Positions 1 to 10,206 are shown, numbered from the stretch's first letter. The stretch: 47,681 nucleotides of DNA from Clostridia bacterium (GCA_017407285.1 JAFQWW010000040.1:1-47681), one strand, 5' to 3'. Made by a program: numbers and translations. The notes: generated by a model from the letters alone, not told the origin.

Positions 1-1
1 T

Positions 2-1042
2 ATCGATAAAATCGACAATTATTATTCCACCAAGGTTTCTAAGCCTTAACTGGCGTGCAATCTCGTCTGCTGCTATCATATTCGTCGTAAACACAGTTTC
101 TTCGTGATTGTTCTCACCCACGTATCTACCAGTATTTACGTCAATTATCGTAAACGCTTCCGTTCTATCTATTATGAGGTATGCTCCGTTAGTTAGAGGA
201 ACCTTTCTTTTCAAAATATCTTCTATCTCTTCGTTTAGACCAAACGCATCAAACATATCGTCTTTATCGGGATAATATTTGAGCGTTTTTTCATATTCGG
301 GCATTAGATTGGAAAATCTTTCCTTGAGTTCGCTAAAAACGGCTTCGTTGTTTATTATAATCTCTTCCGTATCCTCGTTTAATACGTCACGAATAGTTCT
401 CTCAACAAGCCCACTTTCTTTATAAACGAGTTGTCCGGGAGAGGCTTTTTCGAACTTATCTAGAATACGCTTGTATTCTGCGTATAAATTCTTTGCTTCT
501 TTCTTGATTTCTTTTGCCGTAGCGTTTTTAGAAGCGGTACGGAGAATATATCCTACGCCCTCTTCTTTAACCTCTTCTATTATTTTAGTCAAACGCTCAC
601 GGGTTTTTTCATCCGTAATCTTTCTAGAAATGCCGATATAGTCGTTTAGAGGCATTAAAACAATATATCTACCTGGTATAGTGATATCCTTGGTTATTCT
701 AACGCCTTTCGTACCAAATTGCTCTTTAACGACTTGAACCATTATCTCGTCGCCTACTTTATCTAAAATGGACGACGGCTTTTGACGTCTTTCGGCCAAC
801 AACTCCGATCCGTCCACCATGTTGCTTTCATGGACGTACAAAAATGCGTTTTTAGATAAACCAATATTCACGAACGCGGATTGCATTCCGTTTAAAACGT
901 TTTCTACGCGACCTTTGTAAATGTTTCCAATGAGCTTTTCCGTGGTCTCTCTTTCTACGTAAAGTTCGACCAAATCGCCTTCTTCTGTTACCGCTACCTT
1001 AGTTCGGCTTGCGTGCATGTCGATATAAATCTTATTTTTCAT
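2..1042 (-). CDS. rng: Rne/Rng family ribonuclease (RNase G/E), 3' end truncated by window edge
   Basis: Not in the ORF track; translated by hand from ATG at 1042 (SD GGAGGAG at 1044-1050): MKNKIYIDMHASRTKVAVTEEGDLVELYVER...GNIYKGRVENVLNGMQSAFVNIG, later IDRTEAFTIIDVNTG; runs off the window. Confidence 0.93.
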   Translation of the reverse strand, partial: MKNKIYIDMHASRTKVAVTEEGDLVELYVERETTEKLIGNIYKGRVENVLNGMQSAFVNIGLSKNAFLYVHESNMVDGSELLAERRQKPSSILDKVGDEIMVQVVKEQFGTKGVRITKDITIPGRYIVLMPLNDYIGISRKITDEKTRERLTKIIEEVKEEGVGYILRTASKNATAKEIKKEAKNLYAEYKRILDKFEKASPGQLVYKESGLVERTIRDVLNEDTEEIIINNEAVFSELKERFSNLMPEYEKTLKYYPDKDDMFDAFGLNEEIEDILKRKVPLTNGAYLIIDRTEAFTIIDVNTGRYVGENNHEETVFTTNMIAADEIARQLRLRNLGGIIIVDFID

Positions 1043-1685
1043 ACTCCTCCAATTTATAAAGAGGAATAAGATCAGTATCGCCGGTATATTGCTCCTCTCT
1101 TACTATATCGTAAAGATTAAATTTTAAATTAAGTCCCTTAATTCCATTCAACAACCTATCAACTCTAAGGTTATTATTACCCGAAGATAATCTTAAGAAA
1201 AGTCCGTCCTCGTCGTAATATATATCAGAGATTAGATTTCTAACCTCCTTTTGAACTAATTTATCTTTTTGGGTATACTCAATAGAGAGGCTATCAGATT
1301 CTTTTACCTCGTCGATGATTTTTTTCTGCTCCTCGGTTAAATCAACGTAAACTCTATAATCACTATAGGTTACGATGCCTGCAACGTTAGGATTTTTCTT
1401 CAATTCGTGAACGGATACGATATCCAAGCCTTTTACGGTTTGGTTAGAAAAGGCTTTAATAAAATCACGAGCGTTCATCTCCGTATCTACGCACATATAT
1501 TCTGCGTTAGACTCAACCGATAGTGGTAATGGCGGTGTAAAATAAACGAGAAAATGAGGATTAAATCCTTCCGAACGTTTAACGACGATACCTGCTCTAG
1601 TGAATCCACGCAAGGTGGAGCGAAGTACGTCCAAGTGAGCCATCAAAGAGGCAGGATAACGTTTTTTGAATTTGATTAACAACAT
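1032..1685 (-). CDS. TIGR03936/DUF2344 radical SAM-associated protein
   Basis: HLD..R...RAGI....SEGFNPH...F.PPLPL.VES.AEY motif; start moved to ATG 1685 (GGAGG upstream); follows TIGR03960 gene. Confidence 0.88.
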   Translation of the reverse strand: MLLIKFKKRYPASLMAHLDVLRSTLRGFTRAGIVVKRSEGFNPHFLVYFTPPLPLSVESNAEYMCVDTEMNARDFIKAFSNQTVKGLDIVSVHELKKNPNVAGIVTYSDYRVYVDLTEEQKKIIDEVKESDSLSIEYTQKDKLVQKEVRNLISDIYYDEDGLFLRLSSGNNNLRVDRLLNGIKGLNLKFNLYDIVREEQYTGDTDLIPLYKLEEYEK

Positions 1686-3469
1686 AACGAGCACCTCCCA
1701 AGTTTGTTAGCACCACACGCATTACAACCTTGCAAACAATTTTTGGTCGTAGTCTCGTCGTACGCTTTTTTACGTTCTTCTTCTAAATAACTACGCAAAA
1801 TACCGCAATCAATGTACTCAAAAGGCATAACACTTGATACATCGCGTTCTTTTACGTACTCGTTCAAATCTATACCACACTCTATCGCACTCTTTTTCCA
1901 AATCTCGCTATGGAAAAACTCCGACCAGCTATCAAAGATCTGACCAGACTCAAAAGCTTTAACTATTACTTTAGAAAGTTTTCTATCTCCTCTTGCCAAA
2001 ACGGCTTCCATATAAGAGGTTTCGTAATCGTGCCAATTATAATGCACGCCACGCATTCTTAATTTCTCACGAAGATATACTAATTTCTCCTCAAATTCTT
2101 CACGACTAATAAACCTTTCCCACTGAAAAGGGGTAACGGGTTTCGGTATAAATACCGAGGTTGAAACCGTTATCGAGAGATTTTTTCCTGAATTTCGATG
2201 TATTTTGTATAGTTCAATGATCGTTTTAACGATATCGGCTATTCCGTCCAAGTCTTCCTTCGTTTCCGTAGGTAAACCTATCATAAAATAAAGTTTTACC
2301 GAAGAATAACCGAGTTTAAATGCCGAAATCATACTTTTTTCAATATCTTCCGACGTGATATTCTTGTTTATAACTGCGCGTAATCTGTCCGTTCCTGCCT
2401 CTGGCGCAAAGGTCAAGGAACTTTTTCTTGCTTCTTCTGCAAACACGCTTTCAAAACTGTCAACGCGCATAGAGGGTAAACTCAAGCGAGTTTTGCCTTC
2501 CCCTGCCGTCTTTAAGTGCTCTATCAATTCTTTAAGTTTAGGATAATCGCCCGTACTCAAACTCGATAAAGACATCTCTTCGTATCCCGTGTCTTTTATA
2601 AGTTTTTCGCCAAAGGTACACAACGTATTCAAATTTCTTGCTCTAAGTGGTCTATAATAAAAACCTGCTTGGCAAAATCTACAACCGTTACTGCACCCTC
2701 TATATAACTCCAAAACTCCTCTATCGTGCACGATTTCCGTATTTGGTAAAAGTATTTTAGTCGGGAAATAGGCTTTATCAAAATCTTGTACAACTGCTTT
2801 TTTGACTATTCTCGTAAAGGAAACTATTTTATCCCCGTCGTATACGGCTTTGTCACGTGAGGGAATAATTACCCCTTGTATCTCGGATAATTTATCTAAT
2901 ACGACCTCTTTCGACCAATTCTTTTGCTTTCCTTCTTTAACGACGTCCACGATCTGCATCATTGACTCTTCGCCCTCGCCTACAGTCATCGCGTCGAAAA
3001 AGTCTGCAAAAGGCTCGGGGTTTGCCATACAAGGTCCCCCTGCTATTATCAAGGGATACTCCTCCCCTCTATCCTTTGCGTAATAAGGTATTCCTGCAAG
3101 TTTTAACATAGCGACTACGTTGGTGTAGGCAAGTTCATATTGGATAGAGAAACCAACTACGTCAAACGCAGTCAACTCGTCACCAGATTCAATAGCCACA
3201 ATAGGTAAATGCTCGCTAACTAATTTTTCATACAAATCAATCCACGGCATAAAACAACGCTCCGCCATACAATCCTCACGCTCGTTGAGCATGTGATAGA
3301 GTATGCGGAGACCTAAGTTACTCATACCTATTTCGTACGTGTCTGGAAAACAAAAACAGAAACGCAAAGCGCCGGGTTTATTAAAATCCGGCAAGTTAAA
3401 TTCACCCCCCGTATAACGGGCGGGTTTGGAAACGGTAGCATACAACCGTTTTCTTTCTTTTTCGTTCAT
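1676..3469 (-). CDS. TIGR03960 family B12-binding radical SAM protein
   Basis: KPARYTGGE, FPDTYEIGMSNLG, CxxxCxxC (RGCSNGCRFCQAG), APEAGT, C-terminal Cys cluster. Confidence 0.9.
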   Translation of the reverse strand: MNEKERKRLYATVSKPARYTGGEFNLPDFNKPGALRFCFCFPDTYEIGMSNLGLRILYHMLNEREDCMAERCFMPWIDLYEKLVSEHLPIVAIESGDELTAFDVVGFSIQYELAYTNVVAMLKLAGIPYYAKDRGEEYPLIIAGGPCMANPEPFADFFDAMTVGEGEESMMQIVDVVKEGKQKNWSKEVVLDKLSEIQGVIIPSRDKAVYDGDKIVSFTRIVKKAVVQDFDKAYFPTKILLPNTEIVHDRGVLELYRGCSNGCRFCQAGFYYRPLRARNLNTLCTFGEKLIKDTGYEEMSLSSLSTGDYPKLKELIEHLKTAGEGKTRLSLPSMRVDSFESVFAEEARKSSLTFAPEAGTDRLRAVINKNITSEDIEKSMISAFKLGYSSVKLYFMIGLPTETKEDLDGIADIVKTIIELYKIHRNSGKNLSITVSTSVFIPKPVTPFQWERFISREEFEEKLVYLREKLRMRGVHYNWHDYETSYMEAVLARGDRKLSKVIVKAFESGQIFDSWSEFFHSEIWKKSAIECGIDLNEYVKERDVSSVMPFEYIDCGILRSYLEEERKKAYDETTTKNCLQGCNACGANKLGRCSLCC

Positions 3470-3538
3470 CTATATATCCCTTTATAAAATTGTAATCTAA
3501 ATAATTCTAAACGGAAATCTTAAAAAATAAGATATCCT

Positions 3539-4486
3539 ATGAAAACTAAAGTCGTACCACTTTTTTTATCAACTGTCGTACTAATACTACTAGTGACCTA
3601 TCCCGACGTCTATTTACAAGCATCTTTGGACGGTATAACAATATTTGCAATAAACGTCTTGCCTGCCCTATTACCTTTCTTTTTCTTTACAAAAATACTA
3701 TCTAATTACGGTGCTAACGTAATAATAGGTCGAAAGCTAGGTAAAGTTACGAGAGCTTTATATAACGTGAATCAAAGTTCTGCATACGTCTTTATAATGA
3801 GTATCCTATCGGGCTATCCCATAGGCGCAAAACTTTTGCACGACTTATATCAAAATCATCAAATAGACCACGAAGATCTGAAATCTTCGATTGCTTTTTG
3901 TTCAACCTCGGGACCAATGTTTATTTTGGGTACGGTTGGTGGCGTAATGTTAAAAAATACGACTTACGGTTTTATTTTACTAATTTGTCATTATTTATCC
4001 GCCATACTAAACGGTTTTATATATAGAAAACGGAGAAAAAGTAAGGAGAAAAACTTTTATTATACCGTTACTAGTCAAAACGTTTTATCAGATAGCATAA
4101 CGGACTCTATATCAAGCGTCCTAACTTGCGGTGCGTATATTGCAATATTTTATATGATTGCAATAATGCTCAAAAACACGGGGGTGTTGAGCCTATTATC
4201 AAATTGCGTAAATTATCTAATTAAAAACCAAAGTCTATCTTACGGTCTAGTATTTAGTTTGGTGGAGATTACGGGCGGTTGTGCTGTGCTATCTAACACA
4301 AACACATTTCTAACTCTACCCATAATTTGCGCTGTAATATCATTCGGTGGACTATCCGTTACCTTGCAATCACTAAACTTTTTATGTAAATGCAATATAA
4401 AACCGATAAGATACGTTATCGTAAAACTAACTCAATCGATAATAGCGTTCTTAATTACTTGTTTTGTGGTGGGCGTTTTTCTTTAA
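3539..4486 (+). CDS. ylbJ: Sporulation integral membrane protein YlbJ-like
   Basis: Multi-TM; VLPALLPFFF, LSGYPIGAK, SGPMFILGTVG, EITGG, FGGLSV.LQ; adjacent to coaD as in other Firmicutes. Confidence 0.8.
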   Translation: MKTKVVPLFLSTVVLILLVTYPDVYLQASLDGITIFAINVLPALLPFFFFTKILSNYGANVIIGRKLGKVTRALYNVNQSSAYVFIMSILSGYPIGAKLLHDLYQNHQIDHEDLKSSIAFCSTSGPMFILGTVGGVMLKNTTYGFILLICHYLSAILNGFIYRKRRKSKEKNFYYTVTSQNVLSDSITDSISSVLTCGAYIAIFYMIAIMLKNTGVLSLLSNCVNYLIKNQSLSYGLVFSLVEITGGCAVLSNTNTFLTLPIICAVISFGGLSVTLQSLNFLCKCNIKPIRYVIVKLTQSIIAFLITCFVVGVFL

Positions 4487-4934
4487 TAATCGCACCTCTT
4501 AACTCTTCACGATTGTTTCTAATACAAGCAATCGTATCGGATAGAAAATTCTCAACGTCAGCAAACATGTCGTCTACGTACAATCTAGAATCACCTTTTA
4601 AGGTATTTGCAAACTGAACGGCTTCGTTCCTTATAACCTTAGCATCGTGCTCCGCTCTACGCAAAATCTCGGATTGGCTAACTATCTCAGCTGCCTGTCT
4701 TTCCGCTTCTGCCACTATCTCTTCACCTTTTTTAGTGCTCGAAGAAACGATTTCCGTCGAGTGATCGATGATATCTTGCGCCTTTTTCAAAGCAGACGGC
4801 AAACCGTTCTTAATTTCCGTTATAAGTTGCATACAAACGGTAGCGTCAACCATCGCCTTTTTAGAAAAAACGGCGTTTTTTGCGCTTAAAAATTCGTTCT
4901 CTAATTTGTCCAATAATACGAAAACGTCATCCAT
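4455..4934 (-). CDS. Conserved coiled-coil protein downstream of coaD (often annotated 'ATPase')
   Basis: Helical Ala/Glu-rich sequence; typical rsmD-coaD-this gene context in Clostridia. Confidence 0.65.
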   Translation of the reverse strand: MDDVFVLLDKLENEFLSAKNAVFSKKAMVDATVCMQLITEIKNGLPSALKKAQDIIDHSTEIVSSSTKKGEEIVAEAERQAAEIVSQSEILRRAEHDAKVIRNEAVQFANTLKGDSRLYVDDMFADVENFLSDTIACIRNNREELRGAIIKEKRPPQNK

Positions 4935-5403
4935 TGAATTTCTCCTTTACAATATCCCGAATTTGTTCGGGTACTATATCCCAATATTTATCTCTAATAT
5001 CTTTTTCTCTTATCAAACTTGAAGATACGAATTCGTATCCATCGTCCGCCACAAAAAAGCAGGTTTCAAGTTTTCCGTAATCGTAATTTTGCTTTGCTAA
5101 ATTGCGTTCGTATAAAAAGTCTACACCGTCTCTAATACCGCGAACCAAAGTCGTAATGCCCCTAGTTTTACAAAAATCTGCAGTGTAGCCGGAGTAAAAA
5201 CATACCTCTACTTGCTTATCAGTTGCAAAAACGGCGTTTAGCATGTCCAAACGCTCGTCTACGCTAAACGTATATTTTTTGTCGGGGTTTATAAGCATCA
5301 AAACGACTACTTTATCAAATACTCGTTTTGCTCTCTCCACAATATTAACGTGACCAACGGTTACTGGATCAAAACTACCAGTAACGGCGCAAATCTTATC
5401 CAT
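4927..5403 (-). CDS. coaD: Pantetheine-phosphate adenylyltransferase
   Basis: GSFDPVTVGH, VRGIR, VSSSLIRE. Confidence 0.95.
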   Translation of the reverse strand: MDKICAVTGSFDPVTVGHVNIVERAKRVFDKVVVLMLINPDKKYTFSVDERLDMLNAVFATDKQVEVCFYSGYTADFCKTRGITTLVRGIRDGVDFLYERNLAKQNYDYGKLETCFFVADDGYEFVSSSLIREKDIRDKYWDIVPEQIRDIVKEKFNG

Positions 5404-5938
5404 TTTTCTTCCTCATAAAGGTTAAGGTAGCAATACCGTATTTACGTTCATCGTACATTATAAACCATTCGTTTGGATTTTTCAAGGGGTTTTCCGATTT
5501 ATGTTCGTAAACGACTATAGAACTATCATCGAGTATATCAGAATTTGACAAATCCGAGAATAATTCTTCCTCACAAAAACCGTACGGAGGATCAAGATAG
5601 ATGATATCAAATTTTTTACCCGACAATCTTTTAAGCACGGTTTTATAGTCGGCACAAATCGTAACTGGTTTCTCTCCTATAATCTCTGCGTTTTTCTTGA
5701 CTTGTTGTATAACGGCATTAGATTTATCGGCAAATACGACTTCTTTTGCTCCTCGTGATATAGCCTCGAAGCCTACTGCCCCACTACCCGTAAATAAATC
5801 TAAAAAAGTCGAATTTGAAACGTTAGGATATAAAATGTTAAATAGGTTTTCCCTTACCCTATCCAAGGTTGGGCGTACACCGTCACATTTTAGTTCTAGA
5901 AGTTTTCGACCTTTATGTTTTCCACCAATTATCCTCAT
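5396..5938 (-). CDS. rsmD: 16S rRNA m2G966 methyltransferase
   Basis: MRIIGGKHKGR, RPT.DRVRE, LDLFTGSG, LDPPY. Confidence 0.95.
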   Translation of the reverse strand: MRIIGGKHKGRKLLELKCDGVRPTLDRVRENLFNILYPNVSNSTFLDLFTGSGAVGFEAISRGAKEVVFADKSNAVIQQVKKNAEIIGEKPVTICADYKTVLKRLSGKKFDIIYLDPPYGFCEEELFSDLSNSDILDDSSIVVYEHKSENPLKNPNEWFIMYDERKYGIATLTFMRKKNG

Positions 5939-6471
5939 CTTATAATCCTATTCTCCGTAACTATCATGTCTAGTGTTTTATCAAAGCTATCAGGCTCAAA
6001 GTCACGCTTTTGTCCCTCAAACGCTACGCCGATTTTTATCATATCGTCTTCTAAAAATCTATCATAATATCCTTTTCCGTATCCAACGCGAGATTTACTC
6101 TCATTGTAGGCAACTAAAGGTACTACGACGACGTCAATAGCGCTTTTGTCAACGACGTCACCTATAGGTTCTAATACGTTAAAATTACCAGACTTACATT
6201 TATCAAAACCTGAAAATCTTATAGCCACCATATCCGAGCCTACGGTTTTAGGCGCACAAATTGATTTTCCAGACGAATACAAGCACTCGATAAACTCGGT
6301 TAAATCAACTTCGTATGGTAAAGCTAGATATACGCATAGTTCACGACTGTTTTTAACCTCGTTTAAGGATAATAATTTATCAACTATCTTTGCACTTTTT
6401 TCTCTAAGTTCAACGTTTGATAAACTTTTTCTAAACTCAATTGCACTTTTTCTAGCTTCACTTTTAGTCAT
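5935..6471 (-). CDS. 5-formyltetrahydrofolate cyclo-ligase
   Basis: VVVPLVAY, RVGYGKGYYDRFL, D..LD.IVTE. Confidence 0.92.
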   Translation of the reverse strand: MTKSEARKSAIEFRKSLSNVELREKSAKIVDKLLSLNEVKNSRELCVYLALPYEVDLTEFIECLYSSGKSICAPKTVGSDMVAIRFSGFDKCKSGNFNVLEPIGDVVDKSAIDVVVVPLVAYNESKSRVGYGKGYYDRFLEDDMIKIGVAFEGQKRDFEPDSFDKTLDMIVTENRIIR

Positions 6472-6472
6472 A

Positions 6473-7507
6473 TCAATTCCTCAAAAGGTTTCCTATACTA
6501 GATACGATTTCGTAAGGTATCGTATTTGAAATTTTTGCTAAATCGTCTGCATATTGACAATTATCACAACACTCTCCAACGTACACCACCTCATCTCCGC
6601 AAGATAGGTTTTCCTCGCCAATATCAATAATAACGGTATCCATGCACACGGCTACGATTTTAAAGAATTTGCCGTTATGTATAACGCTCCCACCGATAAG
6701 TGAACGAGTTATACCGTCCGCGTATCCACCGTCGACGATGGCAACTCTCCCACCCTTTTCGCTAGTTGAGAATACACCGTCGTACCCTGCCGTTGCGTAA
6801 GGCTCTAGTCTTTTAATTTGTAAGACAGTACCCGTAATCCGCATAGCAGGACAAAGTTCACCTTTAGGATATCCGTATAATCCTAAGCCTACTCTCACCA
6901 TATCCCCGTACGAGCGATTTTTCAATACTGATCCCGTCGCCGATATATGTGATATAGCGTTTGGGTATCGGGCTTTAACTAAACTCTCAAATAACGCAAA
7001 CGAACCTATCTGGTAATAAGCAGAGTTATCAGAAAAAACGTGAGAATATACGCCTTCTACTTTTAGTCTACCAACGGATGAGAGTAAATCGTTTAATTCA
7101 TCCACGCTTTTTACACCAAAACGATTCATACCGCTATCGACTTGTATGTGGATACGAATATCTTTTTGACATTTTTCGGCGCTACTCAACAAACTCAAAC
7201 AATGACCTTTCGTTGATACGCCAACGGATAGATTATATTCCGCGCAAAGATCGGAATCTTTCTCACGAAACGCCAAGAGTAGTATCGGGTTCTCTATACC
7301 CAACTCACGAATACGAACACCCTCTCCTGTTGTAGCAACTGCAAAATAGTTGACCTTATCACGCAATAAACCGACTATGCGCTCTAATCCGTGCCCGTAC
7401 GCGTTAGCTTTTACAACGGCACAAATCAATCTATCGCCTGCTTTTTTCTTAAGTACTTCGAGATTTCTTAATATCTTTTCCTCATCGGTACGAATATTTA
7501 ATCCCAT
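6473..7507 (-). CDS. alr: Alanine racemase
   Basis: AVVKANAYGHG PLP lysine, DSGMNRFG, GYADG, CMD, IPYEI; C-terminus slightly short. Confidence 0.9.
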   Translation of the reverse strand: MGLNIRTDEEKILRNLEVLKKKAGDRLICAVVKANAYGHGLERIVGLLRDKVNYFAVATTGEGVRIRELGIENPILLLAFREKDSDLCAEYNLSVGVSTKGHCLSLLSSAEKCQKDIRIHIQVDSGMNRFGVKSVDELNDLLSSVGRLKVEGVYSHVFSDNSAYYQIGSFALFESLVKARYPNAISHISATGSVLKNRSYGDMVRVGLGLYGYPKGELCPAMRITGTVLQIKRLEPYATAGYDGVFSTSEKGGRVAIVDGGYADGITRSLIGGSVIHNGKFFKIVAVCMDTVIIDIGEENLSCGDEVVYVGECCDNCQYADDLAKISNTIPYEIVSSIGNLLRN

Positions 7508-7556
7508 CGCACTCCTTAAAAATTTTAATCAGTATATTTTATGCTAGTTATTCAAA

Positions 7557-8123
7557 TTACTTAACAGAATCGTATCCTGCACTAAAAGCTTTTTGGTTGA
7601 GTTCCAAGAATTTAGCAGGAACGCACGCAGTAACTGATTGAGCAAAGATCTCTTTATCCATGTTGCATAGAGCACACACTGCTCCAAGCATTACGATATT
7701 AGTTGCTTTTGCCGATCCTACTTCTTCTGCTAATTTTACGGCGTTAACAAAATGGCAATTCTTTACACTCTTGCACTGCTCTTCAACGTCCTCAGGATAT
7801 TTTTCCAATCCCATAATTACGGGCATCGGGAAAATCTTTTGAGAATTTACGACAAGATGTCCGTCTTCTTTCAAGTAATGTTTCCATCTTAAAGCTTCAA
7901 GTTCTTCAAAAGCGATTAAAACGTCAACCTCACCCATAGTAATTATGGGCGCATATACTTTATCCGCCATTCTAACGTGAGTAACTACGCTACCGCCACG
8001 TTGAGCCATACCGTGAACCTCGCTTAGTTTGCACTCTTTTCCTGTAAGAGATGCGTATTTTCCTAAAACTCTACTAGATAAGAGCGTTCCTTGTCCGCCT
8101 ACACCTACGATTAAAATATTCAT
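7557..8123 (-). CDS. iorB: Indolepyruvate ferredoxin oxidoreductase beta subunit
   Basis: GVGGQG, SEVHGMAQRGGSV, NIVMLGA. Confidence 0.93.
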   Translation of the reverse strand: MNILIVGVGGQGTLLSSRVLGKYASLTGKECKLSEVHGMAQRGGSVVTHVRMADKVYAPIITMGEVDVLIAFEELEALRWKHYLKEDGHLVVNSQKIFPMPVIMGLEKYPEDVEEQCKSVKNCHFVNAVKLAEEVGSAKATNIVMLGAVCALCNMDKEIFAQSVTACVPAKFLELNQKAFSAGYDSVK

Positions 8124-8132
8124 AACGGCTCC

Positions 8133-9848
8133 TTATTTTACCAATTTTATAGAATTAAATTTGCAAACTTTAGCGCAAAGCATACAACCAACGCACAACG
8201 TGGAATCAATGCTTACCTTTCCGTCTGCTCCTGCAACGAGCGCAGGACAACCAAGTTTCATACAAGCTTTACAACCTTTACAATTATCAATTTCGGCCAC
8301 AGGTTTTGCACCTTTTTTCAATAATTCGCAAGGTTTGCGCGCGATAATTACGGAAACTTCGGGAGCGTTCAACTCTTCTTTAATAACGCGTTCAACTTCC
8401 CCTATGTAATATGAATCAACTACGCTCACACGTTTTACGCCACACGCTTTACACAATTCCACCAAATCAACCGATACGGTATCTTCCCCTTTTAGGGTTT
8501 TGCCCGTTGCGGGGTGCTCTTGGTGTCCGGTCATACCCGTCGTACTATTGTCTAAAATCATAACGGTATTAGTGTCTTTATTGTACACGCAATTTATAAG
8601 TCCCGTTATACCACTATGTAAGAAGGTAGAATCCCCAATAACTGCAACCGTCTTTTTAGCGTATTCAGGATTTGCCAAAGAAAATCCGTGAGCCATACCA
8701 ATACTTGCACCCATACATAAAACGGTATCAACGGCGGACAAGGGAGCACTAGCACCCAAGGTATAACAACCAATGTCGCCGGTTACGATGCATTTTAATT
8801 TATTCAAAACGTAAAATACGCCACGATGAGGACACCCTGCACACATAACGGGAGGTCTAACGGGTGCACTTGCAGGCACGGGCATAGCAGTTTTGAATAA
8901 TTTTTCTTTAATAGTTTCTGCAGTAATTTCCCCTTGCAAAGAGAACAAATCTTTACCGTGACAAGTAATACCATTTGCTTTAAGTTGGTTCTCAAAGAAA
9001 GGTTCGAGTTCTTCAACAACTAAAAGTTCGTCTACATTTTTGGAAAATTCGCGTATTGCTTCAATATCAAGAGGATAAACCATGCCAACCTTGAATACGG
9101 ATGCATTAGGTAAAACTTCTTTTACGTACTGGTAAACTGCACCCGAACACACTACTCCTAATTCCTTACCTAAGATCTCAACCTTGTTAACGCCGTTAAG
9201 AGTCTTTAAGTCGGATTTTAGTGCGTTCTCACGATTTTCTACAACGACGTGACGAGGACGCGCGTTAGCAGGCATCATAGCGTATTTGCGCATATCTTTA
9301 ACGTAAGCTTTGTTTTCAAGTTCTACCCTATCTTCGCACGAAACTACGCTTTGAGAATGTGCAATACGAGTCGTGGTACGCAACAAAACGGGCGTGTCGT
9401 ATTTTTCAGATAATTCATATCCAAGCTTTACGAATTCTTTTGCTTCTTGGCTGTCAGACGGCTCAAGCATAGGAACGTGCGCGCTTCTTGCATAAAATCT
9501 GCTATCTTGTTCGTTCTGGGAAGAATGCATACCGGGATCGTCCGCGACGACTATTACGAGTCCTGCGTTAACGCCCGTGTACGCACCGGTAAATAAAGGA
9601 TCTGCGGCAACGTTAAGTCCAACGTGTTTCATACACGCCATAGAGCGAACTCCCGCAACGCAAGAACCAAAAGCAACCTCAAGGGCTACTTTCTCGTTGG
9701 GCGCCCATTCAGCGTATAATTCGGGATATTTTGCCGCGTTCTCTGCAATCTCCGTACTAGGTGTACCGGGATATGCGGATAAAACTTTTACACCGGCTTC
9801 GTATGCGCCTTGCGCAATAGCCTGGTTAGTCAACATAAGTTTTTTCAT
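8133..9848 (-). CDS. iorA: Indolepyruvate ferredoxin oxidoreductase alpha subunit
   Basis: YPGTPSTEI, MKHVGLNVAAD, SSQNEQD, CAGCPHR, GDIGCY, C-terminal ferredoxin Cys motifs. Confidence 0.95.
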   Translation of the reverse strand: MKKLMLTNQAIAQGAYEAGVKVLSAYPGTPSTEIAENAAKYPELYAEWAPNEKVALEVAFGSCVAGVRSMACMKHVGLNVAADPLFTGAYTGVNAGLVIVVADDPGMHSSQNEQDSRFYARSAHVPMLEPSDSQEAKEFVKLGYELSEKYDTPVLLRTTTRIAHSQSVVSCEDRVELENKAYVKDMRKYAMMPANARPRHVVVENRENALKSDLKTLNGVNKVEILGKELGVVCSGAVYQYVKEVLPNASVFKVGMVYPLDIEAIREFSKNVDELLVVEELEPFFENQLKANGITCHGKDLFSLQGEITAETIKEKLFKTAMPVPASAPVRPPVMCAGCPHRGVFYVLNKLKCIVTGDIGCYTLGASAPLSAVDTVLCMGASIGMAHGFSLANPEYAKKTVAVIGDSTFLHSGITGLINCVYNKDTNTVMILDNSTTGMTGHQEHPATGKTLKGEDTVSVDLVELCKACGVKRVSVVDSYYIGEVERVIKEELNAPEVSVIIARKPCELLKKGAKPVAEIDNCKGCKACMKLGCPALVAGADGKVSIDSTLCVGCMLCAKVCKFNSIKLVK

Positions 9849-9991
9849 GATTTCCTCACTATATATAGTTATAAATATAAAGATATATCAATAATAACAC
9901 AAACAAACCTAATTTGCAATAATTTTTTCTAACAGATAAAAAAGTTAGGAATAAAAATAAAAAATATTTCTAAAAAACATCGTCAAAAACC

Positions 9992-10020
9992 TTGACAACG
10001 CCTTTCTTTTTACTTATAAT
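9992..10020 (+). promoter_or_regulatory. Consensus sigma-A promoter of tRNA-Thr
   Basis: TTGACA (9992-9997) - 17 nt - TATAAT (10015-10020), A-rich upstream element. Confidence 0.9.
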
Positions 10021-10046
10021 AGACGAGTAATTCAGTTTTGGGTTAC

Positions 10047-10122
10047 GCTGCTATGGCTCAGTTGGTAGAGCACATCCTTGGTAAGGATGAGGTCACCGGT
10101 TCAAATCCGGTTAGCAGCTCCA
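10047..10122 (+). tRNA. tRNA-Thr(GGT)
   Basis: Cloverleaf GCTGCTA/TAGCAGC acceptor, GCTC/GAGC D-stem, CATCC-TT-GGT-AA-GGATG anticodon arm, ACCGG-TTCAAAT-CCGGT T-arm, encoded CCA. Confidence 0.98.
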
Positions 10123-10125
10123 AAT

Positions 10126-10155
10126 AAAAGCCGACAATAGTCGGCTTTTTCTTTT
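10126..10155 (+). terminator. Rho-independent terminator after tRNA-Thr
   Basis: AAAAGCCGAC-AATA-GTCGGCTTTT followed by T-tract. Confidence 0.85.
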
Positions 10156-10166
10156 GTAAAAACAAG

Positions 10167-10194
10167 AAAGCACCCCGAATTGGAGTGCTTTTTT
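10167..10194. terminator. Second hairpin, probable terminator for the convergent ceramidase-like gene
   Basis: AAAGCAC...GTGCTTT inverted repeat with A/T flanks. Confidence 0.6.
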
Positions 10195-10206
10195 CCTTTA
10201 TTGCTA

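Noticed and set aside
6473-6520. alr C-terminus shorter than the usual RVPRxY ending, possible frameshift
   Set aside because: No alternative frame restores the motif; catalytic Lys/Tyr regions are present and the end carries the next gene's SD
9856-9871. TCACTATATATAGTTA, NrdR-box-like palindrome over the iorA SD
   Set aside because: Single low-complexity TA repeat with no tandem partner and no functional link to nucleotide reduction
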